From contig JALAGF010004837.1 of assembly GCA_030167865.1 (NCBI GenBank), forward strand, positions 62,001-126,000: DNA of 64,000 nt, written 5' to 3'. Positions within the stretch are counted from its first letter, which is position 1. Each line of letters opens with the position of its first letter. The translations under genes were made by a program, and so were the position numbers. The notes beneath the pieces were generated by a model. The model saw only the letters and a program-made list of their open reading frames with translations. It made no database searches and was not told the DNA's origin. Below, piece by piece: positions 12,555-23,410 of the stretch. The stretch is from Craspedostauros australis. Its lineage: Eukaryota.

Positions 12555-12620
12555 CTGTTGCCTGCTGTATGTTGCCTGCTGTATGTTGTCTGTTGTATGT
12601 TGCCTGCTGTATGTTGCCTG
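12555..12620. repeat. 14-bp tandem repeat (CCTGCTGTATGTTG) x ~4.5
   Basis: Units start at 12561, 12575, 12589 (2 mismatches) and 12603. It lies just upstream of the HMA gene ATG. Confidence 0.9.
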
Positions 12621-14123
12621 TGCTATCCACTGTCTGACGTCGCGTCTTGAGTCGAAGTGGCTGATGGATGATTGGGAGTTGATTGCTTTGCTGCCTGGGT
12701 CGGTTCGTTGTGAGTATGAGATGCACGCGCTCAAAGGACTCCAGGTGGATGTGTACGAGTATGGTCGGCTCGTCAGTTCCCTGCTTGTGTGTGGTCGTCA
12801 GCTTCCGGGATGGGCAATCGTTCGGACTTCCCAGGACTTCCGGACAATACTTCTCGCGCTCTTTTGATCGGGCCACTTTGTATGGTACGGGGATGCTGTC
12901 GTTATGCGGTGCTTGTGGTTAGTTGCCGTAGGTTGAGTACTGTCGTGCGATTGGTACCTCGGGTTAATGGCAATGCTCGTGGAGCGCAATGTGGATGCAG
13001 ATGCCTGTGGGTGAATGAGTGGAGATCGCAGAGACGAGAGGTTGCCCGTGAAGGTGCTCAGGCAGGCGCAAATCGTGTCAGTGGTGCGAGTCGATGTGAT
13101 CTTGGGCCAAAAGAGTAGTCGTTGCGATGAAAGTCGACGATGCTGATGACGACGACCGCAAAGATGATGATGGTGATGTCGATGTTGATGACAAGGACAA
13201 CGCTGCCGACGGCTTCGGAGGGAACAATGGCACAGACACCAAGGAGGATCAGGCCGAGGATGAAGACAGCAGAGGTGGAGAGAGAGGTCAAGTCGATCAA
13301 AAGGATGGGTTGCGAATGTTGTATGAAGGAATTGGAGTTGTGCAGTTTTTGGGATGAAGGCCACCTTCAAACGACCTCTTCAAAACTGCATGGCGCAGAC
13401 GCGGTTGCTCTGAGTGTTGTTTCTCCAACAAAAACACACACACAAACACAACACAAAGCAACAGAGCAAAAAAGCGCGATTTCCTCGCAATGGCCGAAAC
13501 CAAACGCCCGAAACAGAAAGAACAAAGAAGTTCTGGCGTGCTTCCTCGTACAGATATTACCGGATTCAAACGTATGTAGAATCTGTGTACACCCATGTAC
13601 TAGCCACGATAACCACGCGTGTCAAGAAACCAAGACTCAACTCGGAATCCCATATACCCGTGAGTGATTCTTGAATAACTCGGGAATGATACGGAAGCGT
13701 CAGAAAACGGGATTGGATGGTTGACGATGACACGATGACACGTCCACAATTCGGCAATCTAAATCGGTGATTTCGCAACCGCAACTGCGACCCTTCGACG
13801 TACACCATCCGCAACTGGTACCAACAGAGTAGATCATAGAATAGTACCGATGGCTGACTCTACCAACACTCGATTAGCTCGTATTCTATTATTCTACTAT
13901 ATTATTATTATTATTTTACGAACAATCCGCTGCTGTGCTTTGTCAGTGTTGGTTTGAATGCATCCAGAGAGCGATCGACATGCTCTCAGCTCCACGACAC
14001 TACTAAAGAGAGAGAGAGTAAGACGAGTAGAGAACATCAGTATTCTATGTCGGCTCCTAATTTGTTTGGTGCGATACTTATGAGTACTCTAGGTATGTCG
14101 GTCAATGATGATAGATGCTGAAC

Positions 14124-17100
14124 CTAATGCTTGAGCTCCTCAACCTCCCAGTACAGCTGGTACACAATCATGATGATGAATGGGAGCAGCGCAAGGACCA
14201 GGAATCGCAGCCAGGAGTTGTCCTTCTTGGAGCGTCTTCGTGCTCCAATTCCGGCGAACGACTTTGGATCTTCCGTCACAGGGATCAGACGCATGATGAA
14301 TCCCATTGGCAAAGAGATGGCACCGAATCCCATCGTGCTCTTCCATTCTTCCCAAGACAGAGGCGTTGTCTGCGTGAAGTCTCCTCCGAACTCGACGATC
14401 GCCCACTGTGCGACGACGGTGAAGAAGATCACCATGAGGAACATCGGGGAACGGTTCAGGGATCCCATTGGGTCGAATCGATCGCCAATTTCACGGGCGT
14501 TGAATTCGTTGAACACCTGGCAGAAGACAAAGGCGTTGAAGATGATGGTGAAATGGTGGGTGGACCCGTCCTCGCAATTGTACATCACTGGACCTTTGTC
14601 GAGGAGGAAGACGAGCAGGGCGAGCTGGTATGTGGCCTGGACGAAGATGTTACGCCACATCGGGCGGCTGATCAAACTGGCGTCACGGCGGTATGGTCGG
14701 CGGTCCAGAAGTTCCAGAGTTGGTGGTTCCGTTCCGAGAGCAAGGGCACCCATGGTGTCCATGATCAGATTCACCCAAAGCATCATGACTGCGTTTAGTG
14801 GTGGCTTGTACCCAGCGAGGGCTGAGAGGAAGGTGATCGTCAAAGCAACGACGTTCACAGTGAGCTGGAACTGCAGGAATTTGCGGATGTTGTCAAACAC
14901 GGAGCGACCCCACAAGACGGCCTTGACGATGGAAGAGAATCGATCATCCATGATGATGATGTCGGAGGCATTCTTGGCAACGTCTGTTCCGGAGAGACCC
15001 ATGGAAAGACCGACGTCGGCGGCCTTGAGGGCTGGGCCGTCGTTCGTACCGTCACCGGTGACACCGACAACTTCGCCAACACCTCCGCGGTTCTCGCTCC
15101 ATTCCTCCTTGTATCCTGGAAGGAGAAGATCCTTCTCCTTCTCGTAGTCATGCCCTGGATGGATCTCATCCCACTGCTCCTTGGTCTGTGGCATAAGTCC
15201 ACCGTTCAATCGCTGGACAAGGATGTGCTTATCCTCTGGACTGGATCGGGCAAGTACCTGCAAGCGTGGCAGAACTTCGTCGAGCTGTGCTGGCGTGAGC
15301 TTGCGGAATTCTTCCCCAGTCATGCAGATTCCATCTACACACCAGTTGGATGCAAGTTCAGAGCATGACGAGTTTGGGTTTGTGTTTTAGTTTCCGCGTA
15401 TAGTACCATATCATATACCGTACCATTGCCATTCAATTTAATATGAAATGAGAGAGTTTGAAAGATATGTGAAATACGTGTCGAGTACTGATGTGGTCTG
15501 GTGGAGACAGAGAGACAAGAGCCAGCAATACCAAAAAGTGAAGAATTCAATCGAATCATCAAAGGAACGGCAGAAATCACCCTGACATTCTGGCATGTAT
15601 GCATGGTATCGTATCACTCATTCGTTTGCGAACCAGACAGAGACGAGACTTACTGTCGTCCAAAATACCGGCTTGACGAGCGATGGCGCGGGCAGTTTCA
15701 AGGTTGTCTCCAGTGACCATGCGGACGAAGATTCCGGCGTTCTGGCAAGTGGCGACGGCGTCGATGACATCCTCACGAAGGGGATCGGCGATACCAACGA
15801 GGGCGTCCAAGCACATGTTCTTCTCCAAAGTCTTTTCGCAATCAGCAAGGGTGGCCTTGGATGGATCGCGGATGAGCTTTTCGATGCTATTGCGGTGGCA
15901 AAGGGCGACGCAACGCAAGGCATCAGTGGCGAATTCTTGGATGATGTCCTTGAAGTGATCGCGTTTCTCCTCGGTCATTGGCTTTTCGGATCCATCGGTG
16001 TCCATGTAGAACGCGCAGTTGTCCAGGATAATCTCGGCGGCTCCCTTGTGGTACATGATCCACTCGTTGCCCTTCTTGGATTTGGTCATGCGTCCACTCT
16101 GGTTCTGGACGACATCCTTGTGCACAAGGACGGTCATGCGCTTGCGAGCGCTGGAGAATGGGAAGAGGCGGCTGCCGCCGGTCTTTCCGAACCTTGCTGC
16201 GGCGCGACGATTGTCGGTGTCGTCAAACTTGCCCCACGTGGATTGAGCCAGGAGGAGCATGGCGGCCTCGGTCTTGCTTCCGATGAGCTGGGGGCGCCGG
16301 TCCACTGGTACACCGTTCTCGCTTTCGTCGCCGGACTCGCTGGAGTTGTCCTGGTGCAGGACGCGAGCTGTGGAGCAGCAGGCGATGCATTCCAAGAGCA
16401 TGGTCATGGAATGGCTGGAGATGTGCGGGTAGAGTGGCTTGGCGCAGTCGTCATCAAGGTGGTTGGAGAATATTCCGCGGACGACCGTCATACGGTTTTC
16501 TGTGAGAGTTCCGGTCTTGTCAGAGCACACGTTGGTGGCATTTCCCATGGTCTCGCAGGCTGCCAAGTGACGGATGAGGTTCTGGTCGGCGAGCATCTTC
16601 TTGGTGGAGAAGGCGAGGGAGATGGTGACTGCCAGCGGCAAACCCTCCGGGACGGCGACGACGACGATGGTGACTCCGATGATGAACGCATCCAACGCAT
16701 GGTGGAAAACGGAGACATCCTGCAGGTAGTCCGGCTGGACGACGATTTTGATGAACATCATGGCCATGAAGGTGGCAGCTGCTGCGCCGATTCCGACATT
16801 ACCAATGCTCATGGCCATATCATCGAGCTTCTCCTGGAGAGGAGTCTGCTCCTGGTCCTTCTCCAAATGGCTCTTGATGACACCCCACTGGGAGTCCTTT
16901 CCGACGGCGGTGGCCACGATTGTCGCGGAACCGGCGATTGCGGTGCAGCCACTGAGGACGAATGGGTCGTTGTCTGCGTCCTTATCGATATCCTCTGGCT
17001 CACCGGTGAGGGCGGATTCGTCGACCTCGAGACCATCGTAGCGCACGAGGACACCGTCGCATGGGATGGCGTCTCCGGCCTCCAGCTGCACCAAATCGCC

Positions 17101-17619
17101 GACCACGATGTCGGCAACTGGGATGGTGCGGGCCTTGTTGTCGCGGATGACGACGACGTCGACTTCGTCGTTGGCAGCCGAGAGCTCGCGGAATTGGGAT
17201 TCTTTCTGGTAATCGTTGAGAGCGGTGACGATGGAGACGATGAGGCAGGCTGCGAGGATGGCCAGGCCTTCGACGTATCCCGTGGCAGGGTCGTCGTAGA
17301 TGCCGATAACCAGGGACACGACGGCGGCGACGATGAGGATCTGCAGAGTGGCATCGTCGAAGGTTTCGATGAAGAGCTCCGTGAAGGTCTTGCGCGGCGA
17401 GGATGGCAGCGAGTTGCTTCCCATGAGAGCGCGGCGCTCGGCCACCGTGTCAGCCTTGATTCCTTCATCCGCGTCGACGCCGATCAGAGCAAGGAGAGCA
17501 GTCAAACCACCAGCATTGTCCAGATTCTCCAGGTTCATGGACAGAGCCTGCGGCTGGTTGATCTGCTTGATCAGATCCTTGATGCTCGTCGCGCGATCCT
17601 CCAGAGTTCGTTCCACCAT
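14124..17619 (-). CDS. P-type IIB Ca2+-transporting ATPase (PMCA/ACA-like)
   Basis: Exons 17619-15654 and 15334-14124 (GTAAGT...TAG intron). Motifs DESALTGE, VVAVPEGLPLAVT, CSDKTGTLT, KGAAE, MVTGDN, VTGDGTNDGPAL, FLQFQLTVN and WVNLIMDT. Confidence 0.97.
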
Positions 17620-19246
17620 GATTGCTTCTTTTCTTTTGTCAGAGAGTTGCGGTTTCGCGCGATGTTGTTGGCTATTCTTGCCGTCTGCTTTGCCCCTCTC
17701 CGTCGTTCTTTGCCTTTGTCCCAAGATCAATGAACCGATCGATCAGCTCACCGAATGAAGAATTGTGCAGAGATGAAAATGTGTGGGAATGGTTGCGAAG
17801 TGTGCAACACGAAGTGAGAAGTGACGAGTGGGAAACGATGAGCGTCCTTCTGGTTTATGTGTGGAGTTGGGGAATGCGCTGAGGCGTCTTGTGATGGTGT
17901 GTGTGGTTGTGCTGTGGCGTTGAGTTGGATCGAGTTGCGCGATGTGTTCCACGAATTCCGGCCGAGAGGTGGTTGAAGTGCGCACTGTGTTGTGCAGATC
18001 TCAGCATTGTTTTGGATCATTTTCCATGTGTGTCGCTCTGTTCTTCACGTGGCCAAACAGGTGCTGGAAGCAATTCTCATCGAAACCCCTGAACACGGCT
18101 GGCTCTCGCATTCGTCACTGGGTATGTCGTATCTGTGTCACATTTAGTTTTACGACACGTCAAACATGGCGCGGCGCATTGTTTCCGCGCCAGTCGCGCT
18201 TTCCAACGGCCAGATTTCGCAAATTTGGCAGGTTGAACAACCCCCACACAAACCTCATCCGATTCCCTGAACCCAACAAACAATCCACCACGTGGAGACA
18301 TGTGGAAGCAGGTCGAAACTGGCCGAACCAGGTTGGTGTTTGGGTTTGGATGGAGGAGCGCGAACCATACGATCACACCGTTCTGATGATGTACGATCAA
18401 GGTTTGGAAACTCGTTACTCATGTTGCTGCAGTTGTCGTCATTTCTAATGTAATCCTTGAGTTATTAGGAGGTGATCATGTTGGAGCACAATATTCCATT
18501 GTTGCGTCCATCGTTTGGCATGTGAGCTCCTTGGTGGTGGTTGGACCAGAGAAAGGAGCCAGAATAGTTTGGCATGTGCTCTATCTCCTGCGGAAGAGAG
18601 CTGACTGACGATCAGTTCAAGCTACTCTCCAGACTGAGTACTATGCTGGATACTCTCTGGCACAAGAGAGTGTGGAGTAGAGTTACGTGCTCTCTTGGAT
18701 TGTCAGAGCGTTCCAGTGCACTTCTTCTTTTCCCTCCCCAGCACTTTCTGAATCACCGGAGCACACAATGCTTGCCGAGTGACAGCATTCTCCACATCCA
18801 GCACATGCAGGTGGAATGACAAGATTGGTAATGGTATCATACGACTAGAGTTGGGTGGCATGAGTGGCAGAGTAAGTCTATCGACATGGAGGGTTGATCT
18901 CAAAACATGGAGCCAAGAGTACATTCTATCTGTGTCCTTGTTGAGTTGAACGGTAGAGTATGTGCAGCGCGAGTACTGAAACAGCTCCCAACTACCATGA
19001 TGACACGATCCAAACATCCAAGACCCGCAAGGTGGCAAAAAGGATCCTTTCTGATGTTCGCTTCGTCGGTGGCATTCACCTCTCTGACCGTGGCTCATCG
19101 ATCGATGAACAGATGAGCGGCGGCGAATGAAGCACAAATACGAGGACGAGTACTGATACTCGTATGCCAGAGTGATGCCACAAGGAGATTCCAAGGTCTG
19201 CGCTCCTCTCACAATTGCAAACACTAACAAACAAGCTCCAAATAAG

Positions 19247-20590
19247 ATGTCGACGGCAGCCAGCACTCAGAACAGCGGCAGCGGCGGCAGCGCGCTGATG
19301 AAAGCGTACCACGAGCTTGCGAAATCCCAGTGGGACATCCCGTTCATGCTGATGCTCCTGCTGGCGGAGTTCTTGCTTGGAGTCATCATCGTGTGGAAGG
19401 TCCCGTACACGGAGATCGACTGGATCGCGTACATGCAGGAGGTTGGCATGTGGCTGGATGGAGAGTACGACTACCGCAACATCTACGGTGACACAGGTCC
19501 CTTGGTGTACCCGGCTGGATTCCTCTATCTGTACGGTGCATTGAAATCGATAACGGATGAGGACATTCCGAAGGCTCAGATCATATTCCTCTTCCTCTAC
19601 GTCATGTCGCAGGCCATTGTCTTCTCGCTCTACACCTGCGTCGTCCGTTGGCAAAGGCAGCAAAAGGTCGGATCATCCAACATCAACATCAACACCAACG
19701 CCAGCAGCAGCAGCAGCAGCAATAGTGGAAGCAGTACGAACCATCAGGTGTGGCTCATGCGCGTGGCGATGGGATGCCTTTGCTTGTCCAAGCGATACCA
19801 TTCGATCTTTCTCCTGCGACTGTTCAATGACGCTCCCACGATGATGGTGGCGCTCGCATCATTCCTCTGCTTCATGAATCACAGATGGAACATCGGGTGC
19901 TTCTTCTTTTCGATCGCAGTCTCCCTGAAAATGAACGTCCTTCTATTCGCCCCGGGATTGCTGTACCTTCTCATCCAGGCATCGCCCAAATGGACCATCC
20001 CGCGGCTGGCCATCTGTGGCTTCACGCAGGTCATTCTGGGCGCGCCTTTTCTGGCGACGTATCCCGTGTCGTACCTCCGGAAAGCGTTTGAGCTGGACCG
20101 CAAGTTCACCTACAAATGGACGGTCAATTTTAAGTTCTTGGACGAGCAGACCTTCCTTTCATCGAGGTGGGCATTGCTGCTGCTGACATTGCATCTGTCT
20201 CTTCTCGTCATCTACCACTACCGCATCCACCAGAACAGACGGAAGGAATGGATCCTCTCGCCCAAGGGTATCCTGTCCATCCTCTTCGTGTCCAACTTTG
20301 TTGGGATTTGCTGCGCGCGCACGTTGCACTACCAGTTCTACAGCTGGTACTTCCCATCGCTTCCATTCCTGCTGTGGACATCCAACGCGCACCCGCTCGC
20401 AGCACGATTCGTGATCCTTCTCGTGATCGAGCTGGCGTATCTGACGTTCCCCGCCACTCCGACATCGTCGATGATGCTGCAGGTTGCTCACTTCGCAACG
20501 CTGGTACCTCATATCATGGTGCTGCCAGATGAGGACGAGACTGATCAAAGGCGACAGCAGCAAGATGGTTCCGCAAAGAAGTCAAGCTAA
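19247..20590 (+). CDS. ALG3: Dol-P-Man:Man5GlcNAc2-PP-Dol alpha-1,3-mannosyltransferase
   Basis: KVPYTEIDWIAYMQEV, GDTGPLVYPAG, RLFND, SLKMN and RTLHYQFYSWY. Multi-TM protein with a C-terminal KKSS ER-retrieval motif. Confidence 0.96.
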   Translation: MSTAASTQNSGSGGSALMKAYHELAKSQWDIPFMLMLLLAEFLLGVIIVWKVPYTEIDWIAYMQEVGMWLDGEYDYRNIYGDTGPLVYPAGFLYLYGALKSITDEDIPKAQIIFLFLYVMSQAIVFSLYTCVVRWQRQQKVGSSNININTNASSSSSSNSGSSTNHQVWLMRVAMGCLCLSKRYHSIFLLRLFNDAPTMMVALASFLCFMNHRWNIGCFFFSIAVSLKMNVLLFAPGLLYLLIQASPKWTIPRLAICGFTQVILGAPFLATYPVSYLRKAFELDRKFTYKWTVNFKFLDEQTFLSSRWALLLLTLHLSLLVIYHYRIHQNRRKEWILSPKGILSILFVSNFVGICCARTLHYQFYSWYFPSLPFLLWTSNAHPLAARFVILLVIELAYLTFPATPTSSMMLQVAHFATLVPHIMVLPDEDETDQRRQQQDGSAKKSS

Positions 20591-21108
20591 GCACATGGGG
20601 CAACCGATAGTTGTAGACGGCTCTCTCTCTCTCTCCAGAGAACGAGTTAGATGGGTGGATAGATGCATGAATGGAGTGTAGCGAGCATGCTACATACGAC
20701 GTATTAGTACAATTTCATGACTCTACGAGCACGATTACACGATCGGCCACGATGATTGTAAAACTCATAGAGTAGAGCAGTGTCAATTTGATGCCTCCAA
20801 ACGGACACGACATGAGTCAGCACTTGCCAGCATACTACTCAAGAACCTCGAGAGAGTCATGGACACGATACTGTACTGTACTGTACCGTACTGCACCGCA
20901 TCGATATTCGTCTACCCTCTCTCAACTAGTCTACATTGTTGCATTTAGAATTGTTTACGTACGGAGTTGTCTGAAGAGAATGGTGCGCCCTGTCATAAGT
21001 AGCCGTACACATGGTACGTATAGAGTGAGATAGTAGTGCTTGGCACTGACGAATCGCCCCCCGATGATGTACCAACGATGTGCCAGCGACATACCAATGA
21101 CGTCCTGC

Positions 21109-22655
21109 TTACTCTCTGAAGTACGGATGCTGGAGAGATGTTTTGCATGCGATGCGGCGGTCTGGGTCGTAGTACAGGAGCTGCTCCAAAAGATTAGCTC
21201 CGTGCCTGCCTCCCAAGTCGCTGGGTGGCACGTGCTCTGTGATGGGGCGTTCTCTCCATTGCGGGAACTCGGGGTTGTAATGTGGCAGACGGACGACGCC
21301 TGGCCATGTGTCACGGTTGGGGGTGCCCTGCCGTTGGAAGATCTTGAAGAGCTGGTCGATGTCGGAACGACCCGGGAAGAGCGGCATTCCCGTTGCCATC
21401 TCGGCGAATATGCAGCCGATACTCCAGACATCCACAGATGTGGAGTAGCGATTCGATCCCAGCAACAGCTCCGGAGCTCGATACCACAGCGTGACGACCT
21501 CGAATGTGTACGGGCCATTGGGGATTGCCGATAGGCGTGCCAAACCAAAGTCAGCCAGCTTGACGTGCTTTCCATCCGCCGTGATGAGCAGGTTGTGAGG
21601 CTTCAAATCTCTGTGCAAGATTCTGTGAGTGTGACAGCAACCGACGCCGTCGATGATCTGTCGCAGGAAGCTGCGGACTGTGTCCTGCGGCAGACCAACG
21701 CGATCGGAGATGTCGTCCGAAGTTTGAAATTGATCCATGTAGGTCTTCAAGTCATGCGCGACGTACTCAAACACCAAGTACAAGCCTCCGGGGTGAGCCT
21801 GGATGATGTCGAGCAGCTTGACCACGTTGGGGTGGTCCAGCTCACGAAGCAGCGAAATCTCTCGGATCACATTGCACGGAACGCCTCCTTCTGGCGTGGC
21901 GTCCGCGAATGGGATGCGCTTGATCGCCACAGTCTCACCGGTGTCATCCTTCTTTCCTTTGTACACGATGCCGTACGCTCCCTGTCCGATCATGTCCGTT
22001 CTGCTCGTGCCCCATCCAACAACGTTCACATTCCCCAATCGTCCCAGTAGCCGGGTTGAGTATTGTATGGCGTAGCAATGGAATTCGTATGCATCGTAGG
22101 TATAATAATAGAATAATGAGAGCCGGAATACAAGTGGTATGGGAAAGCATCCGCAGTCGCGCAAGCGGCCATGTGCAGAATCGGATCAAATCAAAACATA
22201 TTGAGTCAAACGAACGAAGCGCATATCGGAGATACAAGGAGATGAAAGATCAGTAGAAGAATGAATGAATGGATGAAAGGGAGGAAGAAATGCAGGAGCT
22301 TCGCCCCTCCGGACGGCTGCATGCTCTTGATGTCGAAATCGTTCTCCAGAGCGCTCTTTGGCAGGCGCGTTCGCTCACCAATGCAGCTCTAGCGGAACAA
22401 GACCCAGGTTAATGTGGGGCTGCAATGAACAACAGCATTGTGTCCTTCTCCGTCCCTCTTTCTGTGACTCCGAACCCCCCTCCCTGGACGTGGGAGTGCT
22501 CCACGATCAGTCTTCAGCCTCTCTATCCTCCACCCAAGAGAAGAGATCTGCGGATCTTACCTCTCGTATCCCTCAAGCGGCGGTTCATCATCGCTAGCGT
22601 CTCCACTGCTTCTGTGCGAGGCGGAGTTTCGGTTCCTGCTGTCGTTCCCCGACAT
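21109..22655 (-). CDS. Cyclin-dependent kinase with a non-canonical PCNVIRE helix
   Basis: Exons 22655-22561 and 22000-21109 (GTAAGA...GCAG intron) give LEGYERTDMIGQGAYGIVYK. Motifs VAIK, EGGVPCNVIREISLL, HRDLKPHN, DFGLAR and YTFEVVTLWYRAPE. Confidence 0.95.
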
Positions 22656-23410
22656 CGTTGTTACTTCTGTTGACGTTGATCTGTTCCGTTCCTTGTTGAG
22701 GTTTCTGTTCAGCTCGATGCCTCTCGTCTCGTCATTGTGATGAGGATGGGTGGGGACGTCGTCGTTGCCGTTGGCTACACACTTGACCAAATACGGAACC
22801 TTCTCTGTCCATGGATCACCTTGGGCATGCGTTGTACACAAACACAAACACTGATCAAAACGGACATGTTTCTCACCGTCTCCATCCAATGACTCCTTCG
22901 ACCCAACCAACCAACCAAAATGGCGAAACTCGATTTCTTCTTTGCCGCTCCGCAACACGCGGCGAGAGGGAACAGAACAGCCCCGATCTTTTGTGTTCAG
23001 AATAGGTGCAGAGACAGAGGGCATCGATTGATACTCACTTGACGATAAGCTGACACGACAGGGAGCGATCCAATGCACTACTATATTTTGAGAGAGAGAG
23101 CGTGTGTGTGTGTGTGTATCAGGATGAGTGCTCGTGTGTATAATGGTTGTGTGGTATGCAATTGGGTTAGGTCGTATAGTAGATTATCTATTTGTGGGGC
23201 GCGTACGAGCACGCATGGTAGATGGGTTACCCACAAGCATCCCGTGTTAGAAGCAAAATGAAAATAGAGCGCTTACAACTATGGTAGTGTCATGATGCCA
23301 TCGTGTCGCACACTGGATAGTGCTGCCCTGCTTGTATGTTACTCATACATACAAGTACTCTATCTGTTGTCTGTGCGTGTGCGTGAGGAAGAGAGTTGGT
23401 GTGAACCTCT

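Noticed and set aside
13127-13357. Acidic 76-aa ORF MKVDDADDDD...
   Set aside because: It arises from GAT/GAC low-complexity sequence upstream of the HMA gene, with no other coding support.
15595-17733. 712-aa ORF antisense to the Ca-ATPase (and the antisense ORFs at 14115-15147)
   Set aside because: These coincide with GC3-rich exons and end near exon or gene boundaries, so they are shadow ORFs.
22001-22164. ORF-track N-terminus of the CDK (MRDCGCFPIP...)
   Set aside because: This is intronic. The exon at 22655-22561 restores the canonical Y-E-x-x-x-x-IG start of the kinase domain.
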